From positions 1 to 37,728 of the forward strand of contig CAWVXU010000017.1 of NCBI GenBank assembly GCA_963934255.1: a stretch of 37,728 bases of DNA. Direction: 5' to 3'. The position numbers and the translations under genes were made by a program. The stretch comes from an uncultured Fibrobacterales bacterium (lineage in GTDB: Bacteria > Fibrobacterota > Fibrobacteria > Fibrobacterales > CAWVXU01). The notes beneath the pieces are model-generated. The model did not search any database. It was given only the letters and a program-made list of their open reading frames with translations, and was not told where the DNA came from. Shown here in pieces: positions 26,734 through 37,099 of this stretch; position 1 is the stretch's first letter, and each line of letters opens with the position of its first letter.

Positions 26734-27705
26734 ATGAATCTAAACATTACAACTATCGCCTTGCTTTTATGCCTCAATCTTTATGCTAATGGATTTCGAG
26801 GAAAAGCCGGTCAAGAGGCCTTCGCCTTTACTGATAATACGATCAATGCACGATCACTAGCACTATCCAAACTCCATAGCTCTTACAATCAACCAAATTT
26901 GTACCAAAGTGCCAGCTTTGACACTTTAGAAACCATTTCATTTCACCTTTCTCCTGGTTTATATAACGAAAAATATTCTGAGCTTGCCTGGTATATTGGT
27001 ACTGGTGATTTCCAATACAGAAACCATATCCAATTTTATGACCGTGGAGAGATTCCAAGTTATTCCCCCGAAGGTGTCATCCGCCAAAACAATGACCATC
27101 CCTTAGCCTGGGTTCTTCAACAGGGTGTGTCTTATCAAGTCAATTCTAGATGGAACATAGGTGCAGATATGCAGGCTGTGATGGAGCATTTGACTCACCA
27201 AGAAGACACACAAACCAGCCTAGGTGGAGCGCTTCATTTAGGCGCTATGTATTTCCCTGGCCCCAAAGGCATGGTATGGGGTGTGTCATTAAGAAACTTT
27301 GGCTCAGAATGGATTTCAAATAGTAAAAGTTCTACAGAGCTTTCTTCAATGAATACAACAATTCAAACAGCTCTGAGCTTTAGGATGGTAAAATTTCCGA
27401 GAGTAAAATGGTCTCTTGGCTATGAGTCAAGCGCTTACTATGAGCCTCAAGCAAAAATTTCTACTCAAATACAAGCTAATCGTCACATGTCTCTCATGAT
27501 ATCTACATCGCTTAGCCATTCATATATCTATAATTCATGGAATCAACTTCAAGATACAAACTATCAAAGGACACTGGCCCCAAGAGACTTCCTCGGAATC
27601 GGTAGTTCTTTTAAATTTGACAGTTGGAGTATGATTATAGGTGGAAATTTAAATCAAGCAGATTATAAACCAATCTACTCCGTTGGCATTGAGTACGCGA
27701 TTTAA
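26734..27705 (+). CDS. PorV/PorQ-like outer-membrane beta-barrel
   Basis: Signal peptide; AFAF....ARSLAL N-terminal motif typical of the PorV/FadL-like clan; GVSLRNFG; C-terminal VGIEY strand. Confidence 0.6.
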   Translation: MNLNITTIALLLCLNLYANGFRGKAGQEAFAFTDNTINARSLALSKLHSSYNQPNLYQSASFDTLETISFHLSPGLYNEKYSELAWYIGTGDFQYRNHIQFYDRGEIPSYSPEGVIRQNNDHPLAWVLQQGVSYQVNSRWNIGADMQAVMEHLTHQEDTQTSLGGALHLGAMYFPGPKGMVWGVSLRNFGSEWISNSKSSTELSSMNTTIQTALSFRMVKFPRVKWSLGYESSAYYEPQAKISTQIQANRHMSLMISTSLSHSYIYNSWNQLQDTNYQRTLAPRDFLGIGSSFKFDSWSMIIGGNLNQADYKPIYSVGIEYAI

Positions 27706-27723
27706 AAATGAAAAAAGCCAATC

Positions 27724-28239
27724 CTACTTAAGAAGCCAGGCTCCAAAATTACCGAATTCATTAAATAAGAGCTTACTGTATTGCTCACGAAGGCCTTTTT
27801 GAATTAAAACCCCTTGCATACCTGCCTGCACACCAGCCTCAACATCACTATCCTTATCACCCACCATAAATGACTTCTCTATGGTCAACGAATTACGATC
27901 AATAAGCTGATGAATCATGCCAGACTTGGGTTTTCTACAATCGCATTCACCGGTTATATCCGGATGATGAAGACAATAATTCCAGTCTATAACACTCACA
28001 TTAAATAGGGCTAAAGTTTCAACCATGGAAGCCTCAACCTTTTTGATATCATCAAGCTCATATAACCCACGAGCTACACCAGATTGATTGCTCACAACAC
28101 AAAAGCTCCAGCCATGTTTCTGTAAAACTTTCAATGTTGAAAGTACACCAGGTAGCCATTGGATGTCTTCAGGCTTATGTAAATAGGGCACATTTTCAAT
28201 CAATGTACCATCACGGTCTAAAAAAAGAATCTTACTCAA
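27724..28239 (-). CDS. gmhB: D-glycero-D-manno-heptose-1,7-bisphosphate phosphatase (HAD IIIA)
   Basis: Likely TTG start 28239 after GAGGA; FLDRDGTL, SNQSGVARG, CLHHP..CDCRKP, MVGDKDSD. Confidence 0.88.
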   Translation of the reverse strand: MSKILFLDRDGTLIENVPYLHKPEDIQWLPGVLSTLKVLQKHGWSFCVVSNQSGVARGLYELDDIKKVEASMVETLALFNVSVIDWNYCLHHPDITGECDCRKPKSGMIHQLIDRNSLTIEKSFMVGDKDSDVEAGVQAGMQGVLIQKGLREQYSKLLFNEFGNFGAWLLK

Positions 28240-28352
28240 ATTATCCTCACAATTATGTCCCAATAATAGACTACCCAAGCTAATTTGTTAAGAGAGAATT
28301 TCATTCTTTAATTATGTATATTGTGTGCACCCATCTATTTTAGGATAATATT

Positions 28353-29546
28353 GTGAATCACGATAAAGATCAAAGCTTATTTCAGTTTCTTTTAGACTTG
28401 TTAGAGTCATTTATGATCTACAAGAAAATAATTCTTAGTGTTGTCTTTGTGATGACTTTCATCAGTATTGTCATCGTACAATTTGTCCTTAAGTCCCAGT
28501 ATGATGCCAAAGCTTTAGTGCTTCCCTCTTCAGATAATGGTTCAAGCGCAATATCCAAAGCAATGGGAAAAGCATCAGGAGATATGCTAGGCGATCTCAT
28601 GGGGTTTTCACTTGGGGATGTTGATGAAAAAGACATGTTCAGAAGTATTTATAATTCGAAAAAATACCAAGAAAAAATTATTCTCCACTTCAACCTTCGT
28701 GAACATTACGACATTGATAAAGATGGGTTTTTCATGGATGTACTCAAGGAGTTTAATAATTATGCTCATTTTTCAATTAGTGATGAAGATGCCATTGAAC
28801 TTCGCTATCGCTCAACCGACCCAGCCTTAGCTCTAGAAGTCATCAAGTATATGTTAACCCAGTTAGACAGTTCATACAATGACTTAAAGATGAAAGGCAT
28901 AAAACGGAAACTACAGTATATTGATAACCGTCTCGATGAAGTTGATTCTCTCGGCACTATTAACAAAAAGAAACTCATTATTTTTCAGCAAAAACATGGG
29001 ATTTTTGATTTAGAGGAACAACTCACCAAAAGCATAGAGACTTTGTCTGATTTTGAATCTAAAATGCAAATGATTTTAATTGAAGCAAATTTTGAGAAAG
29101 CCATCAATGGAGCTAATTCGCCCCAGTATAAGAAAATGATTGAGAAGAAAAAGCAATACCAAATAAAAATCAACGCATTGCAAACCAAGTCAAATTCAAA
29201 TTCTGTACTATTAACTCTCAAAGGTGACCCGCAAATCATATTAGATTACGAAACAAGAATAAGAGAATCAAAAGTAGCTGATGGAGTTTACAAATTTCTA
29301 CGCCAAAGATCTGAACAACTCAGAGTGGACCAATATACTGCTATATCTAATTTGAGTATTATTGACGAGCCTTGGGTAGCCGATAAAAAGTCAAAACCCT
29401 CAAAGCGTGACGTCGTCATTATCACGTTTTCAACTAGTTTTGTACTTAGCTTAAGTTTCGCTTTTTTAGCACTAATTTACAAAAGAGAAGATGATAATCA
29501 TCCTTATATGAAACAATTAAATAGAATTTTTAAAGGCACAAAATAA
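28353..29546 (+). CDS. Polysaccharide co-polymerase (Wzz/GumC-like, no kinase domain)
   Basis: N- and C-terminal TM helices, periplasmic coiled coil, IIDEP...KSKP motif before TM2. Confidence 0.85.
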   Translation: MNHDKDQSLFQFLLDLLESFMIYKKIILSVVFVMTFISIVIVQFVLKSQYDAKALVLPSSDNGSSAISKAMGKASGDMLGDLMGFSLGDVDEKDMFRSIYNSKKYQEKIILHFNLREHYDIDKDGFFMDVLKEFNNYAHFSISDEDAIELRYRSTDPALALEVIKYMLTQLDSSYNDLKMKGIKRKLQYIDNRLDEVDSLGTINKKKLIIFQQKHGIFDLEEQLTKSIETLSDFESKMQMILIEANFEKAINGANSPQYKKMIEKKKQYQIKINALQTKSNSNSVLLTLKGDPQIILDYETRIRESKVADGVYKFLRQRSEQLRVDQYTAISNLSIIDEPWVADKKSKPSKRDVVIITFSTSFVLSLSFAFLALIYKREDDNHPYMKQLNRIFKGTK

Positions 29547-30818
29547 TTGTTTGCACTTTGGTTTTGTTTTGGAATCACAGCACTTTATTTAGCGAGTGTT
29601 ATTATTAGAAAAAAGGATATCTTTAATCCAATTACCTTAGTTATTTCACTAAATTTTTTCACGCTCGGTATTGCTCATACCGCTATTGACCCTCACTGGA
29701 ATGGTCTCCAACCCATTACCTGGGCCGTCATATTAATATCATCATTGACCTTATTTGTTGGGGGGCAGCTTGTAGAGGTTTATACACAATCGGGCCGACA
29801 CGATACTCAAATGAATCTTTCCCACCTCAGCTCTACTCTCAATAATTATAGCTGGACTAGACACTTTCGGATTGGACTCGCTCTCTTCTTTATTATGCTA
29901 CTCGGATTTTCATATATCTATGTGAAAAGTGGCGGTATCCCTATTTTTCATCCTGAAAAGAATTTGATGACCCGAAGCGGTTCAATTGATTTTGGTTTTT
30001 TTGCTCCTTTTGTTTTAAGAGGGCCTGAAGTCTTTTTGGTTTTTCTTCTTGCTACATATAAAAAAATAAACCCTCACCTGCTGATGAGGAGATGGGCAAT
30101 AGTTATGGCAATCATTACTCTTATTCTTAGCCTTTGTTTTTTTCAATCAAGGATGAATGTTCTTACTTGTATTGTCTTTATCACTTATTTACATCATAAT
30201 TTCAAAAGACAATTAGGTCTTCGTCACTTCGTTATTATCTTAGCATTCTTCTCTTCTATTTTTGTGTTTATCGCCATTTTAAGAAATCAAATGGAAATGG
30301 GTGAACATCTTTTTAAAACTACAGAAGCGTTAAAACTTCCTTATCAATATATCGCAAATAATTGGTGGAATTTAGATTACGGTTTAAACCCCGAACCGGG
30401 TCAAACTGTAGCTCCCTTTAAATACGGTTGGGGTTTCATTGAAGGTATCTCATTTTTTTTCCCAGACGCAATGGCTATGGGTGTTGCATTCAATTGGGAT
30501 ACTATATTCAACGAATCTGTAGTCAAGGTCACCGGCCTCAATACTGTAACTTGGCATTGGTCAGTATATAATGAGTTTGGATATTTTGGAATCATTGTTT
30601 TCCCATTATTCTTTGGGATATTTATCCAATATTTTTATCAGTATTTAAAACAAAAACCCACCTTGATTAAGGTAGGCATATACAGCTATCTATCGATATT
30701 TTTAATGCTATCGTGGTTTGAAGAGTTTTATCAAAACGCACTTTATATATATTGGGTTTTAACTATTGTCATAACCATCAAACTTGCACAAGCCAACCAA
30801 TTAACCCGTCCCAAATAA
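29547..30818 (+). CDS. wzy: O-antigen/oligosaccharide repeat-unit polymerase
   Basis: About 11-12 TM helices; DIFNP, GGIPIF, SR, R after a central TM, YNEFGYFG; directly follows the co-polymerase gene. Confidence 0.75.
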   Translation: MFALWFCFGITALYLASVIIRKKDIFNPITLVISLNFFTLGIAHTAIDPHWNGLQPITWAVILISSLTLFVGGQLVEVYTQSGRHDTQMNLSHLSSTLNNYSWTRHFRIGLALFFIMLLGFSYIYVKSGGIPIFHPEKNLMTRSGSIDFGFFAPFVLRGPEVFLVFLLATYKKINPHLLMRRWAIVMAIITLILSLCFFQSRMNVLTCIVFITYLHHNFKRQLGLRHFVIILAFFSSIFVFIAILRNQMEMGEHLFKTTEALKLPYQYIANNWWNLDYGLNPEPGQTVAPFKYGWGFIEGISFFFPDAMAMGVAFNWDTIFNESVVKVTGLNTVTWHWSVYNEFGYFGIIVFPLFFGIFIQYFYQYLKQKPTLIKVGIYSYLSIFLMLSWFEEFYQNALYIYWVLTIVITIKLAQANQLTRPK

Positions 30819-30847
30819 ATTGAACCCCTTTAACGGGTAATTTAGTT

Positions 30848-32020
30848 TTACAAGGACTGAGCGGTCAGATAAACGACCAACGAAGACATAATCACATTTA
30901 AAAGAACTGCTGTAATGGCGGCGTAATCCTTAGCCTGTTCTATTTCTTTTTTCTCAACTTGAATAAAATCACCCGGGAAGACCTTACCTTCAATTGGATC
31001 AACCCACTCCCATTGTCCATTCTTACGAAGGACTTTTAACTCTTGGGGGTCTTGGCTCATCAAAGAAAGCCCTGCTTGAGCAACATATTCAATCGGACGA
31101 TAGCTCTTTTTATAACCATATTTGCCAGCTTGATTGATTACCCCCCCAACTAAAATCATTTCTTCGCCTATTTCTAGATCAAGATAATCACCCTCTTCTA
31201 AAACAAATTCGTCATATTCACTAATGGAAATAGAGATGATTTCGTCGTTACGTTTGATGTTATATGATTTTAAACCAAGAGCATTATTGTTGTCAGTAAA
31301 AGCAAAAAGGTACCTTTTGATGGTCCAACCTTCTCTTTTTGGCACTGGTAAATAAGCATTATTAATCTTTAGATAAACGAGTGGTTTTGAGTAGTCAACA
31401 TGAGTGGCATAAATAATATCACCAAACTGTATCTTCGGATTTTTTGATAAATCTCCTGTATAATTTGCTTCAGATGGATCATATATCAGGGTGTCGCCAT
31501 TTGCCCTAATTATCAAAGTATTAGGAATATCGGCAGTCTCTTTATAACCAGATAGCACTCGAATAAAATTGGCATGAAACCCCTCTTGAAAATTAAACAA
31601 ACCTTGGCTTTTAAAGGCACCCATTAATTGTAATTTCATACTTTTACGCTGAAGCAAGGATACTTGAATCTGATCAGGGTTATAATGCTTAGCAAGCTTT
31701 TCTTTAATACGAGTCTTGACTTCACCTAAGGAAAGCCCTTTGACATTGATAGGATCAACCTTTTCAAGATGGATATACCCATCTAAACTCACTTGAACAG
31801 AGAGCCAATATTCTTCGATAGTTATACCAAGAAAGTCACCAGGCCCCAATTGATAATCTTCACCGACTACCTTATCAGAAACGATAGGTGTTAGGGCAAT
31901 TGCGTCCCGTTTCGGTTGATCCGGGTTCATCATCGTTCCATCAAGAAAGTTTTGGGGAAAACTTAAACTGACACAAAATACCACTATTGTAGCTAGAATC
32001 TTCATAGCGACCTTTCTCAT
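30848..32020 (-). CDS. Polysaccharide export protein (Wza/KpsD-like; Poly_export + SLBB)
   Basis: YQLGPGDFL, DGYIHL..INVKGLSL, VGGVINQAG..YVAQAG, PGDFIQV, C-terminal helix. Confidence 0.85.
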   Translation of the reverse strand: MRKVAMKILATIVVFCVSLSFPQNFLDGTMMNPDQPKRDAIALTPIVSDKVVGEDYQLGPGDFLGITIEEYWLSVQVSLDGYIHLEKVDPINVKGLSLGEVKTRIKEKLAKHYNPDQIQVSLLQRKSMKLQLMGAFKSQGLFNFQEGFHANFIRVLSGYKETADIPNTLIIRANGDTLIYDPSEANYTGDLSKNPKIQFGDIIYATHVDYSKPLVYLKINNAYLPVPKREGWTIKRYLFAFTDNNNALGLKSYNIKRNDEIISISISEYDEFVLEEGDYLDLEIGEEMILVGGVINQAGKYGYKKSYRPIEYVAQAGLSLMSQDPQELKVLRKNGQWEWVDPIEGKVFPGDFIQVEKKEIEQAKDYAAITAVLLNVIMSSLVVYLTAQSL

Positions 32021-32031
32021 TTAGAGAGAAT

Positions 32032-32454
32032 TTACAAATATTCATCCCAATTGGGAAGCTGACTCAAAATTGCCCAATCTTGAGTCACATCGTATATAAT
32101 CATAGCATCTCCACCCACAACAAGACCATATTCAAAACTAATTGACTGACGATATCGATGTAGCTGATCAAAAGCCATATCTAACTGGGACCTCGCTCCC
32201 TCTGATTTGCATTCGATGAGAGCAAAAAACTCGCCGTTTGACAAGTCAAGCTGAGGGTGCCTAATGAGTATATCAGTACGTTCATCTGACAAAGGATTCC
32301 AATTAGACAGAGATTTCTCAACTTCAATATACTCTAAAGGGATTCCTTTAGACATTAACCAATGGATACACTTCTGTCTCACCAACTCTTCAGGAGTGAC
32401 AACAATGTGCTTTTTACGCTTAATACAGATGATTTGGTTCAAAATTATCTCCAA
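32032..32454 (-). CDS. Stand-alone type I restriction enzyme HsdR N-terminal-like domain protein
   Basis: TPEELVRQ, IEVEK, RTDILI, IECK, QLHRY (PD-(D/E)XK-like). Confidence 0.82.
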   Translation of the reverse strand: MEIILNQIICIKRKKHIVVTPEELVRQKCIHWLMSKGIPLEYIEVEKSLSNWNPLSDERTDILIRHPQLDLSNGEFFALIECKSEGARSQLDMAFDQLHRYRQSISFEYGLVVGGDAMIIYDVTQDWAILSQLPNWDEYL

Positions 32455-32523
32455 AGATAAATATAGACAACTTTAACCTTCAGTTAATTTTATAATTTTA
32501 TCCATAAAGAAGGATTTTGTTCT

Positions 32524-33822
32524 ATGAGACGCAAATTACTCAGCGATGGTGCACAAGAACTCAACTATGAGATTCGCGATATTGTTAAAAAAGCAGAGCA
32601 AGTTCAAGCATCTGGTGTCAAAATATTTTGGGAAAACATAGGCGATCCTATCCCCAAAAACAACCAAGTCCCTGCTTGGATTAAAGAAATTATTGGCGAC
32701 CTCACCCTCGAGAATCGTACTTATGGATATTGCCATTCAAAAGGCATACTTGAGACTAGACAGTTTCTCAGTGATAAAACCAACGCTCTCAATGGAGTTC
32801 AAATCACAGCTGACGATGTATTATTTTTTAATGGCCTAGGTGATGCTATTTCTAAAGTGTATCAATACCTAGTCCCGGCGAGTCGAGTTATCGGGCCATC
32901 ACCAGCTTATAGCACTCATTCTAGTGCAGAAGCTGCCAATGCCGCAGCTGACCCGATTACCTATCGTCTTGATCCTAATAATCAATGGTTTCCTGACATG
33001 GAAGATCTTTACAATAAGATCAAATACAACCCTAATATAGTAGGGCTTCTCATCATCAACCCTGATAATCCGACCGGTATGGTGTACCCTGAAGAAACAC
33101 TCATAAAGCTAATTGAAATTGCCAAAGAATTTGACCTCTTCGTTATTTCAGATGAAATATACAGCAATATTACATACAATGGTGCTCGAGCAATCACTTT
33201 GGCTGAAATCATCGGTGATGTACCAGGTATTGCTATGAAAGGTATCTCTAAAGAGTTCCCTTGGCCAGGGTCTCGTTGTGGTTGGCTTGAATTTTACAAT
33301 CGAGATATGGATCCAGAATTTAACCGCCTTTGCAACACCTTAGACAAAGCCAAAATGATTGAAGTTTGTTCGACTACTCTCCCTCAACTTTCTATCCCAA
33401 AAGTGATGAGTGACCCAAGGTATCTCCCCTATCGCCAAGAAGCCAATGATGCCATTGGAAGACGTGCTACTAAGATTGCCAACATTCTAGGTAGCGTACC
33501 TGACCTTATCTTCAACAAGACATATGGCGCCTTCTATAATACGATTGTATTTCGTGATGGCGTTCTTAAGCCTCATCAAACTCTCCCTATTGACAATCCT
33601 GAACTGGAAGCCAAGGTCAGTGAGTGGACACAGAGTGTTGATCTTGATAAGCGTTTTGTTTATTATTTACTAGCATCTACTGGTGTTTGTGTAGTGCCAA
33701 TTTCATCATTTTGTTCGGAGCTATCAGGATTTCGAGTTACTCTACTTGAAGAAGATGAAGATTTATTGGTGGAAATTTTCTCAAAAATAAAGAATGCTGT
33801 GATTCAATATTTAGCATCCTAA
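32524..33822 (+). CDS. PLP-dependent aminotransferase, class I/II
   Basis: ENIGDP, INPDNPTG, SDEIY, GISKEFPWPGSRCGW, GFRVTLL. Confidence 0.93.
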   Translation: MRRKLLSDGAQELNYEIRDIVKKAEQVQASGVKIFWENIGDPIPKNNQVPAWIKEIIGDLTLENRTYGYCHSKGILETRQFLSDKTNALNGVQITADDVLFFNGLGDAISKVYQYLVPASRVIGPSPAYSTHSSAEAANAAADPITYRLDPNNQWFPDMEDLYNKIKYNPNIVGLLIINPDNPTGMVYPEETLIKLIEIAKEFDLFVISDEIYSNITYNGARAITLAEIIGDVPGIAMKGISKEFPWPGSRCGWLEFYNRDMDPEFNRLCNTLDKAKMIEVCSTTLPQLSIPKVMSDPRYLPYRQEANDAIGRRATKIANILGSVPDLIFNKTYGAFYNTIVFRDGVLKPHQTLPIDNPELEAKVSEWTQSVDLDKRFVYYLLASTGVCVVPISSFCSELSGFRVTLLEEDEDLLVEIFSKIKNAVIQYLAS

Positions 33823-33825
33823 TTT

Positions 33826-36633
33826 TTAACTTAACCCTAATACAAATTCTCTCTGGTCTTTTAGAGTCTTAAAATATTTTTCAAATTCAATTGCCGGCAA
33901 TGCTCGTGAGAAGAAGTAACCTTGCCCTTGATCGCAACCATTTTTGACAAGAAAATCCACTTGAGCCTTTTCTTCAATACCCTCAGCGATGACTTTCATC
34001 CCAAGACTACGTCCCATGAGAATAATTGCATCAACAAGACCGTTATCATCAGATTCGTTGGTTAAACCTTGGATGAATGATCTGTCAATTTTGATAATAT
34101 CAATGGGGAAACTCTTTAAGTAACTCAACGAAGAGTAACCTGTACCAAAGTCATCTAATGAGATACTTGAACCCATGCTTTTAAGTTTATCAAGAGTTTC
34201 TTTAATGACTTCTTTATCTAAAGCAAGTACACTCTCAGTTAGCTCAAAATCAATATTCTGAGGATCTAATTCATACTTGGCAAATACACCCTCTATAACT
34301 GATGCTATATCACAACCGACAAATTGTTTAACTGAAAGATTTATTCCAATGTGAATATTTGTATCTAATCTGAGCCATTCTTTCGTCTGCTTAAATACTT
34401 CATCAAGTATCCAACGTCCAAGCGGATCAATTAACCCAGTATCTTCTGCAATGGGGATAAAAACATCTGGAGGGATAAATCCCTTCTCAGGGTGTATCCA
34501 ACGAATCAAAGCTTCCGCTCCTAAAACAATACCAGTAGCCAAATCAATTTTTGGTTGATAGAACATTTGAAATTCACCATTATCAAGAGCATTTCTAATT
34601 TCACGCTCCAAATAAACTCGTTCCTTGATTTCAGTATTCATATTTTCTTCAAAGAAACAGAAACTGTTTTTACCACTCTTTTTAGTTCTAAACATTGCAA
34701 TATCGGCATTTTTTGATAATGTCCGATAATCTTGGCCGTCACGTGGATACATAGCAATACCCAATGAACCGCCAGATAGTATCTCACCCTGATTAGAAGG
34801 GAAAGCTTCAGAAATAGAATCAATTAATTTTTTAGCCACTTTAACGACATCAGATTCAGAATTAATATTAGTCAGAAGAATCGTAAATTCGTCACCACCT
34901 TGGCGACAAGCAAGATCAGAAGTTCGAATACATTTTTCAATTCTACGAGCCGTTTCAATTAAAAAATCATCACCGACATCATGTCCCATCGTATCGTTAA
35001 TATCTTTAAAATCATCCAGATCAAGATAAAATAGTGAAAGCATTTTCTGGCTGCGACGTGCATTTTCAATTTGAAATTGAAATAATTCTTGAAAAGAACC
35101 TCTATTAGGCATTCCAGTCAACTGATCATAATAAGCTAGGTTTTTAAGCTTTTTCTCATTCTCTTTTCTTTTAGATATATCAGAGAAAACACCTAAATAA
35201 TAAAGAATCTTGCCATCTTCATCAAGAGCAGATGAGATGTTCATGGCGACAGGGAATTCAAAACCAAACTTATTTAGAATCTTCATTTCGCCCGACCAAT
35301 AACCATGACTATTAATATGATTCCATAATTCCAGATAAAACTCAGGCGACTCTGCCCCAGAGCGCAAGATACTTCCTTCCAATCCTTGAATGCTCTCAGC
35401 CTTATGACCAGTTAGTCTTTCAAAGGCGCGATTAACCTTTATAGGTCGATCAAAGCGATCGGTGGCGATGATTGCATCCCATGTATTGCGAACAATATTT
35501 TCAGCCAACATCAATTCATTTTCTTGCTTAATTTTTTGAGTCTTATCTATATCCGAACCACGAAAACCAGAAGCTATACCATTTATGTCCACCATGATAT
35601 CAATACGACGATCAACTTTGAGCGCTCGACCATCTTTATGTGATAATGTCGTAATGACCTTTTTACCTTCAAAAGAATCAGCCCATTGGCAATCCGCAAC
35701 AAATTGAGTAAACCCACTTTCACTCATAATGTCACTCATTTTGAGTTGAAGGATTTCTTTTTCAGTATAGCCGATAATTTCCAAAACATTTTTATTGGTA
35801 TAAACAAATTGGCTTTGCTCATTGATTTCCCAAATCCAATTACTTGAGCTAATTAAAATGTTTTCAAGACGCTCCTTGCGTAATCTTATCGTTCGGTAAT
35901 TTCCGAGATAAATTTTAAAGTATTCAACAACTAGCCAAGCAAGGCCTATCGCTTTAACCAAATGTGATATCCAAGCTGCTGGGCTCCAAGCTACCGTTAA
36001 GAGTATTAGCATTGTCGTGGAAAATAAAAATAGGCCTTGAATTGTAATTTGATAATCAACGTCGCTCATCTTACCCGCAAGAGCGCGACGAATATTTAAG
36101 AGAAAGGGTGATAAGAAACCTAATGCACCAATAAACATCATTGAGTTATGAGCATATAAACCCCAACTCAGTTCAATATAATCAGGAATAAGACTACTAA
36201 ACCAAGACGAAAGGACACCGCCAAGGAAAAAGAGCCCTAGAAAAATGAAAAACCTTACCTGATTTTTATGTTGGAGGAATGATTCTTTTCGAAAAGCGAT
36301 AGGAAGAAATAAAACTCCACCCAAGAAATAGGCCAGAGTATTATACCACTCAGCTACTACTCCGGGTGGATAAATTGCATGGATAAGTGTATAGAGAGCA
36401 ATAATAAAATAAGGAAAAGAAAGATTCCTATACTCTTTGTATTTCGTGTCATGTTCATGAAAAATTAAACTAGAAATTGCCAATATTAACGCAAAAACAC
36501 CGGATATACTCTCTAAGAAAGTATGAAATAGCATGTTAACAATTTCAACATCACCCCATAAATAAATTGTAAAGAATGCAATTAAAAAAGGCATGAAAAC
36601 GGTCCAAATGACCATCTTTGAATACTTATACAC
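33826..36633 (-). CDS. Membrane sensor-PAS-PAS-GGDEF-EAL c-di-GMP enzyme
   Basis: About 7-8 TM N-terminus (MASE3-like, HTFLE); two PAS domains; GGDEF with RxxD I-site (RTSD); AEALIRW, DDFGTGYSS, IKIDRSF, AEGIE, QGY. Confidence 0.93.
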   Translation of the reverse strand: MYKYSKMVIWTVFMPFLIAFFTIYLWGDVEIVNMLFHTFLESISGVFALILAISSLIFHEHDTKYKEYRNLSFPYFIIALYTLIHAIYPPGVVAEWYNTLAYFLGGVLFLPIAFRKESFLQHKNQVRFFIFLGLFFLGGVLSSWFSSLIPDYIELSWGLYAHNSMMFIGALGFLSPFLLNIRRALAGKMSDVDYQITIQGLFLFSTTMLILLTVAWSPAAWISHLVKAIGLAWLVVEYFKIYLGNYRTIRLRKERLENILISSSNWIWEINEQSQFVYTNKNVLEIIGYTEKEILQLKMSDIMSESGFTQFVADCQWADSFEGKKVITTLSHKDGRALKVDRRIDIMVDINGIASGFRGSDIDKTQKIKQENELMLAENIVRNTWDAIIATDRFDRPIKVNRAFERLTGHKAESIQGLEGSILRSGAESPEFYLELWNHINSHGYWSGEMKILNKFGFEFPVAMNISSALDEDGKILYYLGVFSDISKRKENEKKLKNLAYYDQLTGMPNRGSFQELFQFQIENARRSQKMLSLFYLDLDDFKDINDTMGHDVGDDFLIETARRIEKCIRTSDLACRQGGDEFTILLTNINSESDVVKVAKKLIDSISEAFPSNQGEILSGGSLGIAMYPRDGQDYRTLSKNADIAMFRTKKSGKNSFCFFEENMNTEIKERVYLEREIRNALDNGEFQMFYQPKIDLATGIVLGAEALIRWIHPEKGFIPPDVFIPIAEDTGLIDPLGRWILDEVFKQTKEWLRLDTNIHIGINLSVKQFVGCDIASVIEGVFAKYELDPQNIDFELTESVLALDKEVIKETLDKLKSMGSSISLDDFGTGYSSLSYLKSFPIDIIKIDRSFIQGLTNESDDNGLVDAIILMGRSLGMKVIAEGIEEKAQVDFLVKNGCDQGQGYFFSRALPAIEFEKYFKTLKDQREFVLGLS

Positions 36634-36671
36634 GAATCATCTTATCCAATCTCTTATACCTTTTGTATCAC

Positions 36672-37070
36672 TGTATCGGGTAAACGCTATTTCCGATTCA
36701 AATCCGAACCATTTAAGCAGGTAGTTTTAATCTAAACTATTCTGACGAAGTTTTTGTGTTTAATACTGAATGCGGTGCAAAATGTTGTATTCTTCCATCC
36801 AATTTGGAATTATTGACTGAATATACTCTGCACTATCAAGGCAGTTTTCATAAACATAGTCACGCTTAAAAGTTCGTTAAATGCCTCAACCATTCCATTT
36901 AAATGCGGTGAATATGTGGGAGTAAAGCAACTATCAATATTCCAGTTTTTCAGTTTCTATTCAACTCTTTTTCAACAAATTGTGGACTGTTATCAGTTAA
37001 AAACTCTAGTTGGCCTTTGGGTGGAAGGTTGTATCAAAGCTTTTAAACAGCCAGTTCTGTTGCGTGTGAT
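36672..37070 (-). pseudogene. Decayed IS3-family (IS2-group) transposase 3' part plus right terminal repeat
   Basis: Minus-strand fragments across stops and frameshifts: ELAV*KL*YNLPPKGQLEFLTDNSPQF / TPTYSPHLNGMVEAFN / TFKRDYVY..WMEEYN / APHSVLN. These match IS2-type EWLTDNG, SPESNG.AE.F, TIKRDY, YN..HPHSAL motifs. Ends ...ggaaatagcgtttacccgataCA at 36672. Confidence 0.8.
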
Positions 37071-37099
37071 AAGAAACCATTGTTCATTCATACATCGAT

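Noticed and set aside
32032..32454. Type I restriction-modification defence system
   Set aside because: Only a 140-aa N-terminal-like domain; no helicase, hsdM or hsdS.
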